Source of the DNA: Bacteroidota bacterium
GTDB lineage: Bacteria; Bacteroidota; Bacteroidia; B-17B0; Aurantibacillaceae
Direction of reading: 5' to 3'
Length of the DNA stretch: 64,000 nucleotides
Assembly (NCBI GenBank): GCA_013816895.1
Contig: JACDDR010000001.1
Span: 17,117 to 81,116, forward strand
Both the position numbers and the translations under genes were made by a program. Positions 47,501-55,845 of the stretch are shown one piece after another (within the stretch, counting starts at the first letter, position 1; each line of letters begins with the position of its first letter). The notes below the pieces were generated by a model that did not search any database, was not told the origin of the DNA, and was given only the letters and a program-made list of their open reading frames with translations.

Positions 47501-48898
47501 ATGAAAGTAAAACAACTTTATACGAATTGCCTCGCCCAGGGAGCTTACTATATTTCACATAACGGCGAAGCAGCTATCATTGACCCGCTGCGTGAAACAA
47601 AACCGTACCTCGATTTATTAAAACAAAATAACGATACTTTAAAATATATTTTTGAAACTCATTTTCACGCCGATTTTGTAAGCGGACATGTTGATCTGGC
47701 GAATGCAACGGGTGCGACTATTGTTTTTGGTCCGAATGCCGAAACGTCTTACAAAAGTTACATTGCAAAGGATAACGAAGAATTTAAGATTGGTGGTTTA
47801 ACGTTAAAGGTTTTACATACTCCCGGCCATACGCTTGAATCAACAACCTTTCTTTTACTGGATGCTGATAAAAAACCACATTGCATTTTTACAGGCGATA
47901 CGTTATTTATTGGTGATGTTGGCCGTCCGGATCTTGCCATTAAATCAAACCTTACACAGAATGATCTTGCGGGAATGCTTTATGATTCGTTACGAAATAA
48001 GATCATGACATTGCCCGACGAAGTGATTGTCTATCCCGCTCACGGCGCTGGTTCGGCATGCGGTAAAAACATGAGCAAAGAAACGTTCGATACACTCGGC
48101 AACCAGAAGAAAACCAATTACGCGTTACAGAATATTTCCAAAGAAGCTTTTATCACCGAACTTACCACTGGCATTGCGCCTGCTCCCCAGTACTTTTCGA
48201 AGAACGCTTTATTAAACAAAAGCGGATACAAAAATTTTGAAGAAGTTTTTAAATCGGGTTCTACAGCCCTGGATGCAGAAGCATTTGAGGAAATTATGCA
48301 GAATCAAAAACCTCTGGTGCTGGATGTAAGAAAACCTGAAGAATTCGGAGCCGGTCACATTCCGGGATCTTTGTTTATAGGACTCGACGGGCAATTTGCG
48401 CCGTGGGTGGGTACGGTGATCGAACATCTCAACACTCCAATTTTACTGGTTGCTCCTGAGGGCCGTGAAGAAGAAACAATTACACGTTTAAGCCGAGTGG
48501 GCTACGATAATTGTATTGGTTACCTGAATGGGGGCTTCGAAGAATGGCGCGCCGCGGGAAAAGCGACTGCCTCGATTGAAACAGTAGATGCCGACAAATA
48601 TGTTGACTTGTACAAAACAGGCATTGAAACGCTCGACGTACGCAAGCCCGGAGAATACGATGCCGATCATCTTGAAAAAGCTGTGAACAAACCTCTTGAT
48701 TTTATTTATGATTGGGCGGGAGGTTTGAATAAAGAAAATAAATATTACATCAATTGCGCGGGAGGATACCGGAGTATGATTGCGGCAAGCGTCCTGAAAG
48801 CGAATGGCTACAAGCGTCTTGTGAATATTGCAGGCGGTTTTTCCGCCATCGCTAAAACTGGCGTGGCCACTTGCAAGACAAGTTGCGGTAAATCCTGA
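47501..48898 (+). CDS. MBL-fold metallo-hydrolase (persulfide dioxygenase-like) fused to two rhodanese domains
   Basis: ETHFHADFVSGH, HTPGHT, FTGDTLFIGDVGRPD, YPAHGAGSACGK; rhodanese LDVR..EF..GHIPG and NCAGGYRS. Confidence 0.92.
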   Translation: MKVKQLYTNCLAQGAYYISHNGEAAIIDPLRETKPYLDLLKQNNDTLKYIFETHFHADFVSGHVDLANATGATIVFGPNAETSYKSYIAKDNEEFKIGGLTLKVLHTPGHTLESTTFLLLDADKKPHCIFTGDTLFIGDVGRPDLAIKSNLTQNDLAGMLYDSLRNKIMTLPDEVIVYPAHGAGSACGKNMSKETFDTLGNQKKTNYALQNISKEAFITELTTGIAPAPQYFSKNALLNKSGYKNFEEVFKSGSTALDAEAFEEIMQNQKPLVLDVRKPEEFGAGHIPGSLFIGLDGQFAPWVGTVIEHLNTPILLVAPEGREEETITRLSRVGYDNCIGYLNGGFEEWRAAGKATASIETVDADKYVDLYKTGIETLDVRKPGEYDADHLEKAVNKPLDFIYDWAGGLNKENKYYINCAGGYRSMIAASVLKANGYKRLVNIAGGFSAIAKTGVATCKTSCGKS

Positions 48899-49028
48899 AT
48901 GAAATTTTGAATGGTTGATGCCCGCATTATAGTTTACGGCGCGCATCCTGATCACCCTGTTTTTTGGAACATAAAAAGGAGCGCTAAATTATGCCAGAGA
49001 TTCCATTATATTTTTTTACTTTTAAAGG

Positions 49029-49625
49029 ATGAACAGTCCCCTGGAACACTACGATAGAGAATTGCTTTTAAAGATCAATTCATGGCACAATGATTCCCTT
49101 GACTGGCTCATGTGGCAATACAGCGAAATTTATATTTTTCTTCCGATTGCCTTTATCCTGATTTTTTTTTACTACAAGCGTTACCAGTTAAAAAATACCG
49201 CGGCCCTTTTGTTATGCTGCTGCATTTCCGTTGCGTTAACCGACATCAGCAGCAACACGGTGAAACATGCGGTGAAACGATATCGTCCTACTCATAACCT
49301 TGAAATAAAAGACAAGCTTCACTATTTAAAAGATAATGACGGCAAAGATTATCATGGGGGAAAATATGGCTTCTTCAGCAGTCACGCTGCCAATACCGTA
49401 GGCGTAACAACCCTGTTATTTCTGGCCGCCAGCTGGATCCCAAAAAGGAGGAGGTTTCTATTTTACCTGATTCCGTTCATGATCATTTACAGCAGGATCT
49501 ATATTGGCGCGCATTATCCGAGCGATGTGATCCTTGGCTCCATTGACGGAATTATTTTTGGCTATATTACTTTTATTATTTTCAGGAGGTACTTTTTTAA
49601 ATCTCCATTAATGCAGGATGCTTAA
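49029..49625 (+). CDS. PAP2 family phosphatase (undecaprenyl-diphosphate phosphatase-like)
   Basis: KHAVKRYRP, FFSSHAAN, SRIYIGAHYPSDV. Confidence 0.92.
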   Translation: MNSPLEHYDRELLLKINSWHNDSLDWLMWQYSEIYIFLPIAFILIFFYYKRYQLKNTAALLLCCCISVALTDISSNTVKHAVKRYRPTHNLEIKDKLHYLKDNDGKDYHGGKYGFFSSHAANTVGVTTLLFLAASWIPKRRRFLFYLIPFMIIYSRIYIGAHYPSDVILGSIDGIIFGYITFIIFRRYFFKSPLMQDA

Positions 49626-50508
49626 GCAGCTTTTATTTTTTTTATTAAGCGTTAATATTTGCTTCGGGCAACTCCCCGATACCGATATCTGGCTATTTAA
49701 AATCGTTAAGGAAAAAAACAACTTATTAATTCAAAAAGGAACCAATATCACTAACAGACCTGGGTACGATAACCAACCCGCATTTTCAGAAAACGGAAAA
49801 GACATTTATTATGTAAGCATTGGAGAAGACAAGCAAGCTGATATTCTGGTATACAGCGCTGGCAACAAAAAAACAAAGCCCTTCACTCAAAAAACAAAAA
49901 CGAGTGAGTACTCGCCAACCTTAAGTCCGGATAAAACAAAAATATTTTCGGTTGTAGTTCTCGAAGACAGCTCACAGGTGATACTTGCTCTCGATATAAA
50001 GACCGGCACTGTTAGCAGCTATCCATCGCAAAAAACAAACGGCATGCAGATTAATTCATTTGATTCGGTTGGTTATTTTACTTTTTTAAATTCTGATACT
50101 GTACTGTATTACAAACTCACTCAACCTCATTCGTTAAGAGCTGTAAGCCTGCGAAACACAGCAGATGTTTTTATTGCAAGCAGTCCTGCAAGAGGTTTTA
50201 AAGCCATTAACCGGTACGAATTTATTTATGGCATCAAAGACAGCGCCAAAGTTACTTTTTACAGGTACAATACGGTTATTTTAAAGGCAGTAAAATATTG
50301 TGAATACCCTTCACTGAACGAAGACATTGTCTGGCATCCTTCATTAGGCCTTTTAAAATCAGAAGGACCATTGATCTTAAGATTTAAAGAAGCGGAAAAT
50401 AAATGGGAAACACTTTTTGATTTTTCAGGATCAGGTATAAAAAAAATAACACGCTTTGCTTTTGATTCAGCCTTCAAGCAGATTGCGATCGTTGACAACC
50501 TCAAATAA
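49618..50508 (+). CDS. Exported protein with PD40/TolB-like beta-propeller repeats
   Basis: Signal peptide; GYDNQPAFSENGK, SEYSPTLSPDK motifs. Confidence 0.75.
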   Translation: MLKQLLFFLLSVNICFGQLPDTDIWLFKIVKEKNNLLIQKGTNITNRPGYDNQPAFSENGKDIYYVSIGEDKQADILVYSAGNKKTKPFTQKTKTSEYSPTLSPDKTKIFSVVVLEDSSQVILALDIKTGTVSSYPSQKTNGMQINSFDSVGYFTFLNSDTVLYYKLTQPHSLRAVSLRNTADVFIASSPARGFKAINRYEFIYGIKDSAKVTFYRYNTVILKAVKYCEYPSLNEDIVWHPSLGLLKSEGPLILRFKEAENKWETLFDFSGSGIKKITRFAFDSAFKQIAIVDNLK

Positions 50509-50524
50509 TTAATACCACTTCCAG

Positions 50525-52030
50525 CTGATAGCATTTATCATATATACATTACTTATAAGCTGGCTTATTTACCGGAACATTTTTTTTGGTGTATTTAAAG
50601 ACGAGCACCTTTCCAAAATACAAATTCTAATTCTTTTCGTTCTCAAAGCACTTGCTGTACCGGTATTCTACCTATTCTTTAAAATATCTTATGGCGGCAT
50701 CGAAAAACTGGACGCTGGTAAATTTTATTCCGATTCTGTAGTAATGAATAATCTTGCCTTCACAGATTTTACAGAATATTTGAAAATGCTATTCGGGCTG
50801 CAGGATGACCATCCGGGCTCTTTCTTTTCACGCACCTGTATAGAACCAACCTACAACTGGGATAACGGGTCCGTTAAAGACTTTTTGTATAACGACAATC
50901 GCATTGTAATTAGAATTCATTCTTTATTTCATTTTATAGCTTTCAAATCTTATTTTGTTCATGCCCTTTTCAGTTGTTTTTTAAGTTTCATTGGATCTTT
51001 TTTTATTTATAAATCCGTTAAAGCTTTTTTTAATCGTAAAGAAGTTCCCCTGATAATTGTAATTACACTCTTCCCTACCTTATGGCTTTACACAGGAGGT
51101 TTGCTCAAGGAAGGCCTCACATTGTTTTTCCTTGGGATGATGTTATGGTGTATTAAGAATTGTGTAAATGACCCAAAAAAGATCAGCGGATATTTAATGT
51201 TACCAATGCTGTTATTTATCTCTTTGCTCTTAAAACCCTACGTTCTTTTTTACTGCGCAGTTGTGTATTCCTTATTTTTCATTTTAGAGAAGCGGTCTTT
51301 AAAGTTTAAATCTCTTTGGTTTTTGTCGTCGCTTATTTTTATTACCCTTCTGGTAAATTTCGGAGCACTTCTAATGAAAGACCAAGGCATTCTCCAGGCC
51401 GCCAAAAAACGCGAAAAAGATTTTATGGACCTTTCCACGGGAGGTATTTTTTTAATGGACAGTGTGAAATTTGTAAGAGTCCCATACGATACAACACTTG
51501 TGAAAAGAGTAAAAAACAAAAAAGATCACTATACTATAAAAGAAAAAGTAACATTTACATATTGGGAGCATTCTCATCAGAAGGACACGTTATACTGCCC
51601 GTCAAACCCTGATACCTCAACTATTTATTCCCTCGTGTATATCCTTCCAAAAGCAGGATCAACAGTAAATGTAATAAATGGTTCTTCCAATTTTTTTATT
51701 ATTGGCCTGAGAAGTTTATACTATACAACCCTGCATCCTTTCTTTTATAACGCGAAAGGTATTATGCAGCAGTTTGCCTCACTTGAAAATCTACTTCTTT
51801 GTATTTGTTTTCTGATCAGTATAGTTGGAATCTTCAGCAAAGGCGCAGATAAATTTCCGGGAATTGTTTTTCTTTTTTACGGACTCAGCCTGTTTATCCT
51901 CATAGGCTTTACAACTCCCAACAGCGGCGCCATCATGCGTTACAGAGCTCCCGGCGCGGTATTTATCTTGATGTCGGCGCTTTACTTTTTTGATAAAATA
52001 AAATTCGTTTTTCGTGAAAAGTTTAATTAA
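50525..52030 (+). CDS. Polytopic membrane protein, GT-C/Wzy-like; start uncertain (frame open from 50513, CTG at 50525, first ATG at 50744)
   Basis: Many TM helices; FPTLWLYTGGLLKEG, LKPY, SLENL, TTPNSGAIMRYR motifs; the upstream in-frame 77 codons encode two further TM helices. Confidence 0.75.
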   Translation: MIAFIIYTLLISWLIYRNIFFGVFKDEHLSKIQILILFVLKALAVPVFYLFFKISYGGIEKLDAGKFYSDSVVMNNLAFTDFTEYLKMLFGLQDDHPGSFFSRTCIEPTYNWDNGSVKDFLYNDNRIVIRIHSLFHFIAFKSYFVHALFSCFLSFIGSFFIYKSVKAFFNRKEVPLIIVITLFPTLWLYTGGLLKEGLTLFFLGMMLWCIKNCVNDPKKISGYLMLPMLLFISLLLKPYVLFYCAVVYSLFFILEKRSLKFKSLWFLSSLIFITLLVNFGALLMKDQGILQAAKKREKDFMDLSTGGIFLMDSVKFVRVPYDTTLVKRVKNKKDHYTIKEKVTFTYWEHSHQKDTLYCPSNPDTSTIYSLVYILPKAGSTVNVINGSSNFFIIGLRSLYYTTLHPFFYNAKGIMQQFASLENLLLCICFLISIVGIFSKGADKFPGIVFLFYGLSLFILIGFTTPNSGAIMRYRAPGAVFILMSALYFFDKIKFVFREKFN

Positions 52031-52058
52031 AATTTAGTCGTATATTGGCTTAATCTAT

Positions 52059-53969
52059 ATGAATTTATTCAGAAAAAAATCAGTAGTAGACATTTTAAAA
52101 AATGCAAGTGAAGACAGTCATCATAATTCTCTGGCAAAACATCTCGGCGTCAGAGATCTGACCGCGTTCGGCATTGCGGCGATTATCGGCGCCGGTATTT
52201 TTTCCACTATTGGAAAGGCAAGTGCCGACGGTGGGCCGGCCGTAATTTTTCTTTTTATTTTTACAGCAATTGCCTGCGGCTTCGCAGCTTTTGCATACGC
52301 TGAATTTGCTTCTATGGTTCCGGTTTCCGGTAGCGCATATACTTATTCCTATGTTGCTTTCGGCGAGCTGATAGCCTGGATCATTGGCTGGGCGCTAATT
52401 ATGGAGTATGCGATTGGTAACATCACCGTAGCGATTTCCTGGAGCGACTATTTTACGGGCCTTCTTGAAAGTGGCGGGATTCATTTGCCCCAATGGATAC
52501 AAATGGATTTTCTTACCGCCTCCAATGGTTTTGACACCGCAACATCCTTAATGGAAAGTGGCAAGCCCTTCGCTAATCTTGACGCGGGATTGCAGGCCGC
52601 TTATACCGCATGGACTACCTCGCCTACCCTGGGGCCTCTTCATTTAATTGCAGATCTGCCAGCCCTTCTCATCATTATTCTCATCACCGCGTTGGTTTAC
52701 CGGGGAATGAAAGAGTCGAGAAACGCCAGTAACTTAATGGTGATCATAAAACTTTGCATCATCTTACTTGTTATTGCAGTTGGAGTTTTTTATGTAGATA
52801 CTGCTAACTGGCATCCTTTTGCGCCCAATGGTGTACCGGGCATTTTAAAAGGAGTATCAGCTGTGTTCTTTGCGTACATTGGTTTTGACGCTATCTCTAC
52901 AACGGCCGAAGAATGTAAGGATCCGCAACGCGACTTACCAAGAGGCATGATGTGGGCCATCATTATCTGCACCGTGTTGTATATCATCATCGCACTAATT
53001 CTTACGGGAATGGTAAAATACAATCAATTGAGTGTTGGTGATCCGCTGGCTTTTGTATTTGAAAAACTTGATCTCAAATGGATGTCGGGCATTATTGCGG
53101 TGAGTGCGGTGATAGCGATGGCAAGTGTTTTATTGGTGTTTCAAATGGGACAACCACGGATCTGGATGAGCATGAGCCGTGATGGTTTATTGCCTAAAGC
53201 ATTTTCAAGAGTTCATCCAAAATACCGCACGCCTTCCTTCGCTACAATCGTTACCGGCTTTGTGGTGGCCGTTCCGGCACTCTTCCTGAACCTTACGATG
53301 GTTACCGACCTTTGCAGTATTGGCACCCTCTTCGCCTTTGTTCTCGTATGCGGCGGGGTATTGGTGTTGCAAAATAAAAAAGATATTCCCAGAGGTAAAT
53401 TCAAAACACCTTATGTAAATGCTAAATTTATTCTGCCTTTACTGATTGTAACAGCTTTAGTTCTTTTGTTCACGTATAATAAGAAGGCCACAGTTTCCTT
53501 TTTAACGAACGAAAAGCGGATGTACAGTGTGCCTGATATTATAACAACGCTAAGTCCCGATCAGGCGCGAACCTTACAAAACACACTCTCACAAAAAGAC
53601 AGCGTGGGATTCAGTGCCGCCAACATGGACTTAGAAACCTATTTAAGCAGCATGAAAGAAGAAACCTATACTGGTTTTGTAAATACTCTTGATATCACTG
53701 AAGATCAAAAATACGAATCGGGCTGGGCCTTGTTCAAACATAAAATTCCAATGTGGATTTTTATCCTGATCTCCTTTGCCCTTGCGGTGTGGGCGTTCAG
53801 AAGCAACCTATCCCTAATTCCATTATTAGGCCTGTTAAGCTGTTTATATATGATGGCTGAACTCGGAGTTGCAAACTGGGTTGGTTTTGGAATCTGGCTC
53901 ATCGTAGGCCTTGCAATTTATTTCGGGTATAGCAAAAACAACAGTAAACTAAACAAACAAAAAGTATAG
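52059..53969 (+). CDS. Amino acid permease (APC/cationic amino acid transporter family)
   Basis: GIAAIIGAGIF, YAEFASMVPVSGSAYTY, FFAYIGFDAISTTAEE, MSMSRDGLLP, SIGTLFAF. Confidence 0.95.
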   Translation: MNLFRKKSVVDILKNASEDSHHNSLAKHLGVRDLTAFGIAAIIGAGIFSTIGKASADGGPAVIFLFIFTAIACGFAAFAYAEFASMVPVSGSAYTYSYVAFGELIAWIIGWALIMEYAIGNITVAISWSDYFTGLLESGGIHLPQWIQMDFLTASNGFDTATSLMESGKPFANLDAGLQAAYTAWTTSPTLGPLHLIADLPALLIIILITALVYRGMKESRNASNLMVIIKLCIILLVIAVGVFYVDTANWHPFAPNGVPGILKGVSAVFFAYIGFDAISTTAEECKDPQRDLPRGMMWAIIICTVLYIIIALILTGMVKYNQLSVGDPLAFVFEKLDLKWMSGIIAVSAVIAMASVLLVFQMGQPRIWMSMSRDGLLPKAFSRVHPKYRTPSFATIVTGFVVAVPALFLNLTMVTDLCSIGTLFAFVLVCGGVLVLQNKKDIPRGKFKTPYVNAKFILPLLIVTALVLLFTYNKKATVSFLTNEKRMYSVPDIITTLSPDQARTLQNTLSQKDSVGFSAANMDLETYLSSMKEETYTGFVNTLDITEDQKYESGWALFKHKIPMWIFILISFALAVWAFRSNLSLIPLLGLLSCLYMMAELGVANWVGFGIWLIVGLAIYFGYSKNNSKLNKQKV

Positions 53970-53975
53970 ACCAGG

Positions 53976-54734
53976 ATGATAGTTTTTATTACAGGCGCTA
54001 CTTCAGGTATCGGTAAAAGCACAACAGAAATTTTCGCGAAGAATGGTTATGACCTTATCATCACCGGCCGACGGGAAGAACGTTTGCAAGCATTGAAAAC
54101 GCAACTTGAAAAAAAATTTTCTGTTAAGGTTACAACGCTGAACTTTGATATAAGAAAACAAAAAGAAGTAGAGGTAGCAATAGCATCTCTCTCTGGCGAA
54201 AACCAGAATATTGACATTCTTGTAAATAATGCCGGGCTGGCGGCGGGGCTCTCTTCGTTGCAGGATGGTAATGTTGATCATTGGGAAAGGATGATTGATA
54301 CCAACGTTAAAGGTTTGCTGTATGTTTCAAGAATAATTTCAAACAAGATGATCCTGAATAAAAAAGGTCATATCATTAACATTGGATCCATTGCAGGGAA
54401 AGAAGTGTATGCGAATGGCAATGTATATTGCGCTACCAAACACGCGGTAGATGCTCTCACAAAAGGAATGCGGATTGATCTGCTCCCTCACAACATTAAA
54501 GTTACAGGCATTCATCCGGGTATGGTGGAAACGGAATTCAGCATTGTGCGTTTTGATGGTGATGAAGAACGCGCAAAAAAGGTATATAATGGCATGCAGC
54601 CTCTTAAACCGGAAGATGTCGCCGAAACTATTTACTGGGTGGCGTGCCGTCCATCTCATGTAAATATTAATGACCTCATTATTATGCCCTCCGTGCAGGC
54701 TACAGCCACAAATGTTATTCGCAAATCAGAATAA
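53976..54734 (+). CDS. SDR oxidoreductase, YdfG-like NADP-dependent 3-hydroxy acid dehydrogenase
   Basis: TGATSGIG, LVNNAGLA, GSIAG, YCATK, PGMVETEFS. Confidence 0.92.
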   Translation: MIVFITGATSGIGKSTTEIFAKNGYDLIITGRREERLQALKTQLEKKFSVKVTTLNFDIRKQKEVEVAIASLSGENQNIDILVNNAGLAAGLSSLQDGNVDHWERMIDTNVKGLLYVSRIISNKMILNKKGHIINIGSIAGKEVYANGNVYCATKHAVDALTKGMRIDLLPHNIKVTGIHPGMVETEFSIVRFDGDEERAKKVYNGMQPLKPEDVAETIYWVACRPSHVNINDLIIMPSVQATATNVIRKSE

Positions 54735-55468
54735 TGGTGACGTTAAAACATAAAGTTTTATTACTCTTTGTTTTTATCTCGCTGGAATTATTTTGCCTTA
54801 CCGTTCCGCCAAGCCGTAGTGTGGGCTCAGGCATTCGTATATTTTTTGGACCCGCTTATGGTTTTTACCAGTTGAACAAAAATCACGCAACCAATGCTGC
54901 TCCTAAAATGAGCGCAATTGCCGGTTTCAGAAAAGAGATCCGGTTTGACCGTGAGTTCCGGACTTTTTTTTTATTTGGGGTAGATTACTTTTTTCACGGA
55001 GTAAATTTTAAGTCCTACTATTTTAAGCCCGACAGTCTTAAGCTTTACGATAAAACATTTCCCTATGACTACAGTTTATTCATTCATGAGATAGATCTGC
55101 CTTTGCAAATGAAATTTTCTTTCAGCAGGGAAAACAACAGCCTTTTCAGTGCCTATGCTATGGTGGGCTATCATTTGAGGTATCTCTTGCCTTCCCGACT
55201 TACCGTAACACAAAATGGTAACACCGTAAAAACGGATGATGCGGATCTGAAATTTAAAAATCCATTCATTGATAGCAGGATGAATTCGATGGTGAGTTTC
55301 ACATTTGGTTGGCAAAAGAATGGCTTCAACAGTTCCCGGAGCAGTTTTTTTATGGAACTTAATTTCCGTTATGGATTTTCTCCCTACTATTTTGAAAAAA
55401 GTTATGCTGCTACTTCGCTTTATACGAACGCAACTCACCTGAGTTTACTAATAGGGATCAAATTCTGA
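54734..55468 (+). CDS. Outer-membrane beta-barrel (PorT-like) protein
   Basis: Signal peptide; amphipathic strands (IDLPLQMKF, ELNFRYGF); C-terminal LLIGIKF. Confidence 0.72.
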   Translation: MVTLKHKVLLLFVFISLELFCLTVPPSRSVGSGIRIFFGPAYGFYQLNKNHATNAAPKMSAIAGFRKEIRFDREFRTFFLFGVDYFFHGVNFKSYYFKPDSLKLYDKTFPYDYSLFIHEIDLPLQMKFSFSRENNSLFSAYAMVGYHLRYLLPSRLTVTQNGNTVKTDDADLKFKNPFIDSRMNSMVSFTFGWQKNGFNSSRSSFFMELNFRYGFSPYYFEKSYAATSLYTNATHLSLLIGIKF

Positions 55469-55845
55469 TGAAATATAAAATTTCACTTTGGTTAATGAGC
55501 GCTCTTTATCTTCTCGCGGGAATCAACCATTTTATTAACCCTGCTTTCTATCTGAAAATTATGCCGCCGTATTTACCGGAACCTTATCTTCTGATAATAT
55601 TAAGCGGAGCCGCTGAAATTATCCTCGCGCTCTTGCTGTTATATCAGAAAACGAGAAAAGTAGCTGCAGTTCTCATTATCTTAATGCTTCTGGCGTTTAT
55701 GCCGGTTCATGTACAAATGATTATTGACCGGACACCAAATCTGTCTTTTGCAATTGGAAGATTTGCGCTGCAGTTTGTTTTGATCTACTGGGCCTATTTT
55801 TTTTCGAGAAAAAAGTCGATTATTCCTGAACGTAAACGCGCTTAA
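55468..55845 (+). CDS. DoxX/MauE-like membrane protein
   Basis: LYLLAGINHFINP.FY..IMPPYLP, SGAAEI, FMPVH..M. Confidence 0.85.
   Translation: MKYKISLWLMSALYLLAGINHFINPAFYLKIMPPYLPEPYLLIILSGAAEIILALLLLYQKTRKVAAVLIILMLLAFMPVHVQMIIDRTPNLSFAIGRFALQFVLIYWAYFFSRKKSIIPERKRA

Noticed and set aside
48488-48955. 155-aa minus-strand ORF
   Set aside because: Antisense to the rhodanese domain of the MBL gene; no recognisable features
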